Assembly: GCA_044222185.1 (NCBI GenBank)
Contig: JBGANV010000007.1
Span: 243,022 to 307,021, forward strand
DNA from: Planctomycetota bacterium
GTDB taxonomy: Bacteria; Planctomycetota; GCA-002687715; CAIWVZ01
Length of the DNA: 64,000 nt
Reading direction: 5' to 3'
Positions within the stretch are counted from its first letter, which is position 1; every line of letters begins with the position of its first letter. A program made the translations under genes and the position numbers. Under the pieces are notes generated by a model, which had not been told where the DNA came from, made no database searches, and saw nothing but the letters and a program-made list of their open reading frames with translations. Shown here one piece after another: positions 56,939 to 64,000 of the stretch.

Positions 56939-58627
56939 TCAGACCATCGAGAGATAGAACGCGGCCGTCAGGACGATCGGTGTCGGCACGAGCGGGCAGA
57001 CGGATGAGGGCTGCACGATCCCGCTCTGGAAGTTTCCAATCGGGCCGCTCGGAAGCGGTGGGAGCGGGCGCGTCAGGATCAATTGACCGGACGCATCGAG
57101 AGTGAAGGACGTCAGGAGCTGGAGGTCGAGGAATAACGGCGGTGTGCCGATGTCCAGGATCCCAAAACACCCGAGCGACGGATTGAGCGGACTCCGAGGA
57201 CCCGCCATCACGAACACCTGGGCATTGGGTGGTCCGCTCCAAATGAACTGCGATGCGCCAGGTGCGAGTGACATGCAGAACGGGCCGGCGATCCCAGGTG
57301 CGCCGACTCCGTTGATCGTCATCGACCCGATCGACGAATTGGCCTGCCCGACGCCCAACCCAACGGCGTCGGGCAGAGCCTGCCACGAGCCGGATTGGAG
57401 GCGAACCACGTTATTGACCGTCGGTCCATTCGGCGCCACTGCGCCGGCCGTGACGAACTCGCCGCCGGCGTAGATCTCAGGCCCCGCACCCAGCCCGAGG
57501 TCCATGGACGCGAAGCAGAGGACGTACGCCGCGTTGACGGAATTGCTCGGCAGGAGAGGCTGGCCGACCGGCGCCCAGGTGAGGTTGCATTGGGATTGTC
57601 CCGTGACTTTGGAGGCGAGTGCCGTGTTCAATGTCTGGGGCGTCGTGCCCGTCGACCCTCCGACGTAAAGCTCGGCGCCCGCCGCCCCCGGAAGTTCGGC
57701 CAGCACGTGGGTTTCATTGGATGGTTGCGGGGGCGTCCAGGCATTGGGTTCCAAGGTCCAGGACGTGGCCGTCGCCGTGAGTCGATACACGTTGTTTGCG
57801 CCCGGTTGATAAGTCATGGCCGCGTAGAGCCTGGTCGAACACCCTGCTGCGGCGCCGTCCGGGTCGTGTGTGGCGAGTGACAGGACCGCGCTGATCGAAC
57901 TCGGAAGCCCGGCGCTGACCTGCGTCCACACGAACGTGGTCAGATCCAGCCGCCAGATTGCCGCGTGGAGTGAGATGTCGTCTCCGCCGGCATAGAGCGC
58001 GCGGCCCAGACTGTCCGTGAAGACCGCCAGGGCGCGAACTCGGGTTCCGCTGGGTGGGGCGGCTCCCGTGCCGATCGGCAGCCACGCGGTCCCGTTCCAG
58101 CGAAGCACGCGATCGGTCACGAAATCGCCGCCTGCATAAAGCGCCGGGAGAAGGGGGCCGGCGCCGTCCTCGTCCACATCCAGAAGGCTGAATCCGCCCA
58201 CCCCGGCACCCACCTGAAAGCCCGGCCCGACTTGCGCCCACGTCGAGCCGTTCCAGGCGGCGATGGTGCCGATCGTTCCGTTCCCGGCAGGGAAGCTCCC
58301 GCAAGCGTAGAGCCTCGTCGTCGTGCCGTCCGTGTGGGCTGCCAACGCCTCGATGGGGCCGCTCAAGCCCGTGCCGACAGGCTGCCATTGGATGCCGTTC
58401 CAACGTGCCACGTTCGACGCGGCGGCGGCGCCGGCAGAAGCGAAGGCTCCGCCAACATGAAGCGCCATTCCGGTTCCGTCGTCATAGCCGACCATGGCGG
58501 AAACCGTCGGACGCGACGTTCCGAGAACCCCCGGTGCCGAACATGGAGTCTGCGCCTGGATGGGAAGTGATGTGAGTCGCGCCACCGCTGCCGTGATTGC
58601 CATCGCGTACCAAGCCAGCCTTCGCAT
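56939..58627 (-). CDS. Secreted beta-propeller-like repeat protein
   Basis: Repeated LYAGG.F..AG...NVARWNG..W motifs and a signal-like N-terminus. Confidence 0.78.
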   Translation of the reverse strand: MRRLAWYAMAITAAVARLTSLPIQAQTPCSAPGVLGTSRPTVSAMVGYDDGTGMALHVGGAFASAGAAAASNVARWNGIQWQPVGTGLSGPIEALAAHTDGTTTRLYACGSFPAGNGTIGTIAAWNGSTWAQVGPGFQVGAGVGGFSLLDVDEDGAGPLLPALYAGGDFVTDRVLRWNGTAWLPIGTGAAPPSGTRVRALAVFTDSLGRALYAGGDDISLHAAIWRLDLTTFVWTQVSAGLPSSISAVLSLATHDPDGAAAGCSTRLYAAMTYQPGANNVYRLTATATSWTLEPNAWTPPQPSNETHVLAELPGAAGAELYVGGSTGTTPQTLNTALASKVTGQSQCNLTWAPVGQPLLPSNSVNAAYVLCFASMDLGLGAGPEIYAGGEFVTAGAVAPNGPTVNNVVRLQSGSWQALPDAVGLGVGQANSSIGSMTINGVGAPGIAGPFCMSLAPGASQFIWSGPPNAQVFVMAGPRSPLNPSLGCFGILDIGTPPLFLDLQLLTSFTLDASGQLILTRPLPPLPSGPIGNFQSGIVQPSSVCPLVPTPIVLTAAFYLSMV

Positions 58628-58872
58628 GATGGTCTCCCTCATGAGTATCGAGCAAGCCGAGCGCGGGAGCTCCATGGCGATGTGCAATGGACGATCTCCG
58701 CTCTATCGGCGCTCTCGCTCCTGATCGTGCGGCTGGTCCGGGCTTCGGGTAACGCCGTCAAGCGGCGCTGCACCCGGACTCGGTCGGTTCAGGCAGCGGA
58801 CCCGCCCATCACCGTCCAGCCTCGCACTGGCCACTCGAACGGCTGACCTGGAAAAAAGTGAATGTGCGCCGC

Positions 58873-59364
58873 TTACTCGATCCGCTTGATGATGTGCCAG
58901 CCGAAGCGGCAGTCCTTGATGTCATAGGTGGCGAGGCCGAACTCGCCGACCTTGAGCTTGAACGCGATGTCGCCGAAGGACTTCGCCATGCGGATGCGGT
59001 CGGTGTAATCGGGGTAGCTGCCCTGGCCGCGGTTGATCATGCCGTAGGTGCCCGGGCCCGTGTCGTCGGAGAGATCGCGCATCAACGCTTCGAAGTCGTC
59101 GCCCTTGCGCGCTCGTTCCAGCGTCTCGAGGGCGAGCTTCTCCGCTTCATCGCGCTGCCGGTGGGAAGCCTTCGCAGGAATGTCGCCGCGCTCGACCAGC
59201 CCGACCGCGTCGCGGAATCCGATGAGCACGTGCTGAACGCGCACGGCGACGGGTTCTCCGGACTCCGTCATCGCCCCCGGCGGCGGGACGCGCTTGGCGC
59301 AGCCGGAAGCGAGCGTCAGGAGACCGAGAGCAAGAAGCGCGAGGGATGAGGTGATGCGGTTCAT
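58873..59364 (-). CDS. PpiC/parvulin peptidyl-prolyl isomerase lipoprotein
   Basis: Lipobox LASGC, VQHVLI, F..L...SDD and FGWHIIK. Confidence 0.88.
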   Translation of the reverse strand: MNRITSSLALLALGLLTLASGCAKRVPPPGAMTESGEPVAVRVQHVLIGFRDAVGLVERGDIPAKASHRQRDEAEKLALETLERARKGDDFEALMRDLSDDTGPGTYGMINRGQGSYPDYTDRIRMAKSFGDIAFKLKVGEFGLATYDIKDCRFGWHIIKRIE

Positions 59365-59397
59365 GGCGGCGTCCGATGGGTGAACGAGGTGGTGCGG

Positions 59398-59427
59398 ACC
59401 GTACGGGCGCCCCGTGTCCGTTGTCAA
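59398..59427 (-). promoter_or_regulatory. Putative sigma70 promoter for the parvulin gene
   Basis: TTGACA-18 nt-TACGGT on the minus strand. Confidence 0.4.
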
Positions 59428-59453
59428 GCGTGGCACCGACCCCCGGGGCGACG

Positions 59454-59996
59454 TCATTCGGGCGGGTATTTGGCCGCCAGCTTCGCGATGGTCGATGCGC
59501 CTCGGATCGTCGACCGACGCCCGAGCGTCCGCTCGAGGACGGCGTTCGAGAACCTGGAGTCGCTCTGTCTGGTCCGGCACAGCCAGTAGACCTCCCGTCC
59601 ATGGACCCGGAAGCTGTCGATGTCGGTCTCGAGAGCCATCACCTTTCGCGTTGCGACGGCATCGAGGGGATCTCCGAGAAACGCGACGTTGAAGGCGAGG
59701 GCTGCGGCGACCGCGGACTTGGGAAACGGCGCGTACCCCGCGATCGCCGTCAATTCCCGATCGCTACGGAGGAAGGTGTCCACGTCGTAGCCCAGCTCAT
59801 CTCTCAGCCGTGCGGCGATTCGCACCTCGAGAGCCTTGGCGGACTTGGACGCGGCCTGAAAGATCACGTTCCCGCTCGCGATGAACGTCGTGACGTCCTG
59901 GAATTCCAGGGACGCGAAGATGGACCTCAGACGCTCCATGGTGACGGTGTGTCCGCCCACGTTGATCGCGCGCAGCAAGGCAATGAATCGGGGCAT
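59454..59996 (-). CDS. DUF1697-domain protein
   Basis: ALLRAINVGG and V.TFIASGNVIF. Confidence 0.9.
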   Translation of the reverse strand: MPRFIALLRAINVGGHTVTMERLRSIFASLEFQDVTTFIASGNVIFQAASKSAKALEVRIAARLRDELGYDVDTFLRSDRELTAIAGYAPFPKSAVAAALAFNVAFLGDPLDAVATRKVMALETDIDSFRVHGREVYWLCRTRQSDSRFSNAVLERTLGRRSTIRGASTIAKLAAKYPPE

Positions 59997-60213
59997 GGCC
60001 TCAGACTTTCCGGACGACCCTTCGCCGATGCGGCGCGGGGTGGCATGGTACGCGCACGGGGGACCTCAGGGTTGCACCACGTTCGTGCGGTCCGTCGCCG
60101 GCAGCTACGCCGATGTGCGGATGGCCGCACCAACAACGTCGAAGCCGCGACTTAACCTCTACTGCTGCAACGCAAACCGCCCCTATCATCCCGCCGATCT
60201 TCGGAGTCAATCC

Positions 60214-62349
60214 ATGAGTCACCTCCAACGGCGCGTCCGCGGGCTCTTGATGCCCGTCTCGTTCACCTTGCTCGCGATCGGGCTTCTCGGCCTTGCTGGT
60301 TGTGGTGGGGGAGGCGGAGGAGGTGGTGGGGGCGGCGGTGGCGGTGGAGGCGGCCCCACGTCCGCGGTCTTCCACGTCACCGATGGCTCGGGCGCAGCCG
60401 TCGTCGGCGCGACCGTATATCTGGTCCCCAACACGGAGGTGGACGGCTCGGCGATCACGGGTGCCGACGTGCTCTCCGGCGCGGCTGAGAATCGGGATGA
60501 ACCGCTCGAGGATCCCGTCCGCCTTCACGGCTCGACGTATCCCCAGGCCGTGACGGACGCGGCTGGATTCGCCACCGTTCCGTCGATCCCCGACGGTGAC
60601 TACTTCTGGTTCGTGTCCCCCGCGAGCGGCGATACGGAGCATCTGCCGGGCGGATCGGATTGCCGGCGCTCGCGCCCCGCAACGACGTTCCTCGGGACGA
60701 CCGTCGAGGTGACCGTGAGCTCCAAGCCTTCCGCCGCGGCGACCTATCGCGGCTCGTCCACCTGTCTCGTCTGCCACTCGAGCTTCGTGACGCAGAGCCA
60801 GCACGCGCACCGATTGAGCTTCTCCCGACCAGGGAACTTCGGCGCGCTCCAGGACGCCTCCCGCTACCCGACCTTCACGGGTGGATGGGCGAAGTTCCTA
60901 CCCGCCGCCACCTTCAACGGCGGTACGCGGATCTACTGCTCCGACTACGACCCGACGCGCGGCTTCGACAAGTTCAAGACGAGTTTGGCGAACCCTGCGC
61001 CGGCGGGCACGGTGTACCTGAACGTCTGGCTGTGGAAGGACACGGCCGACAACAAGTTCAAGATCACGCTGCAGAACGTCATCAACCCGGGCGACCCGTC
61101 GAGCCCGCGAACGCTCGAGGTCCCGCTCACCTACGGCGGTGCCGTCTACAAACAACGCAACCTCGTGAAGGTGCCAGGACGCAAGGGCCTCTATCCCGTT
61201 CTGCAATGGCAGCCTGACGGTGATGAGACTCGCTTTGATCGAACCCGCAAGGTGTTCCGCGATTATCACCTCGATTGGTTCTGGAATGCCGGAACGAACA
61301 CGCTCACCGATCCGCCGCTGAACAAGAACTTCGAAGCGACGTGCACGGGCTGTCACTCGACGGGCTTCACGCGCTTCCAGGATTCGATGACCAACGAGTG
61401 GTTGTCGGACGCCGTCGACGACGTCTCCGGCGAGTACGACATCGACCAGAGTGGGTCGCCGGACGAGATCAATACGGGTTGCGAGGCGTGCCACGGCCCC
61501 GGGTCGGAGCACGAGAACTGGGCCGCCAATCCGGCGAACGCCGGACATCAGCGGCGCTACATCGTCCAGCCGAACCGGCTGAGCCCCGAACGCGAGATGA
61601 TGATCTGTGGACGCTGCCACGATCGTCCGCTGGGCAAGGGCACGATCATCACCGAGGAGCCGCTCAACGCGCAGAACCAGATGGCGCCGGTCGGTATCAG
61701 CCGCCAGGACTTCCTCGCGAATTACACGTCGACGAAGGGCCCCGTGGCCGGCGACCTGTGGGCTGACGGCCTGCACAGCAAATCGCATCACCAGCAGTAC
61801 GCCGACCTCCTCAAGTCGACGATGCACCGCAACGGCCGCATCATCACGGTGTGCAGCGATTGCCACGACGCGCACGGCCAGGGCGGCAACTTCGAGCATC
61901 ACCTCACGGCGGACCCCGATGATTCGAACAGCAACCTCTGCTTGCGGTGTCACGCCGTCAATTTGATCCCGCACCTCGTCGACAAGACCGGTGCGACGCA
62001 CGCCGGGTTCTCGACCCACTGCGTCGATTGCCACATGCCGCCCACGGCGAAGTCGGGCTCGGGTCGCTATGGAATCCTGCTGGCGCCGCCCACGGGAACG
62101 GCGACGGACAACGGCAACATCTACTTCAAGAACGACATTGGAAGCCACCTGTTCAAGGTGCCGCGCAAGGTGAATCCGTCCGTCGCGGGCGTGCTGCCGT
62201 CGAACGCCATGCCGATCCCCTACACGGGAACGTGCGGAGCGCCGTGTCACGACGCGGGGCCGCTCCAGTTCCTGGTGCCGTTCACGGGACCGGGTGGATC
62301 CACGGGTGCGTGGAACGAACCGGACGGGTCGGGGCCGGGCGAGAAGTAG
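60214..62349 (+). CDS. Multiheme c-type cytochrome lipoprotein (7 CxxCH + 1 CxxxCH)
   Basis: Lipobox LAGC + Gly17; CLVCH, CTGCH, CEACH, CGRCH, CSDCH, CLRCH, CVDCH and CGAPCH. Confidence 0.9.
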   Translation: MSHLQRRVRGLLMPVSFTLLAIGLLGLAGCGGGGGGGGGGGGGGGGGPTSAVFHVTDGSGAAVVGATVYLVPNTEVDGSAITGADVLSGAAENRDEPLEDPVRLHGSTYPQAVTDAAGFATVPSIPDGDYFWFVSPASGDTEHLPGGSDCRRSRPATTFLGTTVEVTVSSKPSAAATYRGSSTCLVCHSSFVTQSQHAHRLSFSRPGNFGALQDASRYPTFTGGWAKFLPAATFNGGTRIYCSDYDPTRGFDKFKTSLANPAPAGTVYLNVWLWKDTADNKFKITLQNVINPGDPSSPRTLEVPLTYGGAVYKQRNLVKVPGRKGLYPVLQWQPDGDETRFDRTRKVFRDYHLDWFWNAGTNTLTDPPLNKNFEATCTGCHSTGFTRFQDSMTNEWLSDAVDDVSGEYDIDQSGSPDEINTGCEACHGPGSEHENWAANPANAGHQRRYIVQPNRLSPEREMMICGRCHDRPLGKGTIITEEPLNAQNQMAPVGISRQDFLANYTSTKGPVAGDLWADGLHSKSHHQQYADLLKSTMHRNGRIITVCSDCHDAHGQGGNFEHHLTADPDDSNSNLCLRCHAVNLIPHLVDKTGATHAGFSTHCVDCHMPPTAKSGSGRYGILLAPPTGTATDNGNIYFKNDIGSHLFKVPRKVNPSVAGVLPSNAMPIPYTGTCGAPCHDAGPLQFLVPFTGPGGSTGAWNEPDGSGPGEK

Positions 62350-62569
62350 TCGAGTTTCTGGCGGGGCGGCGGCGCAAGGTGCCGTCCCCAACTTGAACGG
62401 ACCAGGCGTCGGCGGGTTCGCGCGACGCATGCTTCATGTTTCTGCGGGCGTGCGGGGGGTCCCGTCGTGCCTTGGGACTGCGTGAGGTCCCATTTGATGT
62501 CCGGACTTTCAGCCGGGCCTCAAGTGGCCGCATGCTTTCGCCACAGTGGCGAAGCTGCGGAGATCCATC

Positions 62570-63913
62570 ATGCAATCCGACCGATGCGTCATCAGACACG
62601 CCTTGCTCTGTACGTTTCTCGCGGCCGTTACCGGACTCGCGGCAGGTCAGGGCGCCTGTGCTCCTGCTGACCTTCTGGAGTGGGTCCCCCGTGTATCCCT
62701 GCCGCCGCCCTTCCAGTTCAACGGTCAAGCGGGGAGCTACGACAAGACGCTCTGCTTCCCAGAACCAGTCGTCATTCGTGCGTTTCCCATCGACATCGAC
62801 GAGGCGTCGTTTTGGGCGACCTACAACGGCCTGACCACGTTCCTCTCCGTGTTCCCGCATCGCGATTCCACACAGGTGAGCTGGGTGCTGCGGGATACGT
62901 CCGGGAGTGGGTCGACACTCATCGACCGGCAGTGCCGGGAGGCCATCACGGCTGACGGCGACACCGCGATCTTCTATCCGGGCTGGAGAATCGTTCGTGG
63001 GTCGACGGTCACGTTCACGCTCGCCGTGCGGGTCGATGACGGATTCTTCACGACATCGACGGGACCGTCGCCTGCAGGCGGGTTCGACGACCCAGCCGTG
63101 CAGCGCGCGGATTGCACGGCCAACTTGCCGGAGTTGACCGTGATGATCACGCACAACATGGACGGAACGTATCGCGTCCAGATCTCGCCCCCACCCGGCT
63201 ACTGCAACCAGGTGCCGCCGCTGCCCCCTCCCGTTGGTCCGACCGGTGCGCTTTGCGGGTGCAACCTTCTTTCTCCCCAACCGGCCAACTCCCAGTCTGG
63301 GTATCGCTTGACCGCGTTAGCCAGCGGCCCGAGCGACGGATTCATTTGCGCCGAGACGCCGAGCCCCATCTGGGGCGACGTGAAGGACTTTGACCGAAAA
63401 CGCTGGGATTGCGGCGGCGCCAACGCAATCGAATATGACTGTCGCGATTCCGTCCGGTACGCATGGACCCTCACGGCCCAGTCGGGCGGGTTCGTGAGCG
63501 AGGCCGGAACCAGTTTTGGCAGCGGGACGACGACCGCAACGGCGCAACAGCCGGTCTGCTGGGTTCCGACGATCTCGACCACCATGACATTGCGCGCGAA
63601 CCTCGGGGGCGACGATGGGATGCCGCCTTGGTACGGCGGAACCGGGACGTGGCCGAACTTCGATGACCCGACCGCCGCGGCACCGCAGGTGGTGCTGGAC
63701 GTCCTCCCGTGTGTCGATATTCGTGTGGACTCGAACAATGACGGCAGCATAACGCAGGCCGACGACGGCATGGAGGAGTGCAGTCCAGGCAACCTCGTTG
63801 CGCTGAACGACAACGACGAGAACGTGAACGGCGTCAGCGATCTGGATGACGTGAACAACCTTGTGGGTTCCGGAAATTCTGGCGGTCGTTTTCCGGATAT
63901 TTTGGCGGTGTGA
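62570..63913 (+). CDS. Secreted Cys-rich hypothetical protein with acidic Ca-binding motifs, possibly truncated
   Basis: GGAG RBS, signal peptide, C-terminal VDSNNDG.I...DD and NDNDENVNGVSDLDD. Confidence 0.65.
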   Translation: MQSDRCVIRHALLCTFLAAVTGLAAGQGACAPADLLEWVPRVSLPPPFQFNGQAGSYDKTLCFPEPVVIRAFPIDIDEASFWATYNGLTTFLSVFPHRDSTQVSWVLRDTSGSGSTLIDRQCREAITADGDTAIFYPGWRIVRGSTVTFTLAVRVDDGFFTTSTGPSPAGGFDDPAVQRADCTANLPELTVMITHNMDGTYRVQISPPPGYCNQVPPLPPPVGPTGALCGCNLLSPQPANSQSGYRLTALASGPSDGFICAETPSPIWGDVKDFDRKRWDCGGANAIEYDCRDSVRYAWTLTAQSGGFVSEAGTSFGSGTTTATAQQPVCWVPTISTTMTLRANLGGDDGMPPWYGGTGTWPNFDDPTAAAPQVVLDVLPCVDIRVDSNNDGSITQADDGMEECSPGNLVALNDNDENVNGVSDLDDVNNLVGSGNSGGRFPDILAV

Positions 63914-64000
63914 GAGGCGGGCTCGATGCTCGGAGACTTGACGATGTGCCGAGTCCGGTAGGACTGGCCGCGTAGTTCTATCAGACGACCGCGAGCGAGG

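Noticed and set aside
60041-60056. Sigma54 promoter for the cytochrome (TGGCATGGTACGCGCA)
   Set aside because: GG-N10-GC spacing is present but the TT of the -12 box is missing, so a chance match is likely at this GC content.
1-64000. tRNA, rRNA, IS, integrase or prophage
   Set aside because: No cloverleaf, rRNA-like stretch, or transposase, integrase or phage structural motif was recognised.

Overview
High-GC (about 68% by eye) bacterial DNA, most consistent with an uncultured Planctomycetota lineage (inferred from gene content, not from a marker gene). Housekeeping genes: a truncated FGGY/xylulokinase-like kinase, GH35, M28 and M49 peptidases, moeB/thiF, queD-like PTPS, mutS, lptFG and a PpiC rotamase. 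Secreted proteins are abundant: a lamin-tail protein, two tandem paralogous Gly-rich Ig-like lipoproteins with decayed extra copies, a 2917-aa astacin plus about 23 IPT/TIG protein, GEVED and beta-propeller-like proteins, and an octaheme-type cytochrome c lipoprotein. Best leads: (1) an lgm/flm-like GT2 + ArnT + ChbG/YdjC deacetylase locus in line with lptFG that also carries a coupled SAM methyltransferase; (2) a Ser/Thr kinase facing three FHA genes headed by an FHA-GAF-sigma54 activator, plus matching -24/-12 promoters upstream of both lipoprotein paralogs; (3) a recurring C-terminal domain in unrelated secreted proteins that may be a sorting or anchoring signal; (4) a hybrid PTPS-I/III (CExxHGH) with an extra N-terminal domain. 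No rRNA, tRNA, CRISPR array, transposase or reverse transcriptase was seen. All family calls are from motifs read by eye, and no database searches were run.
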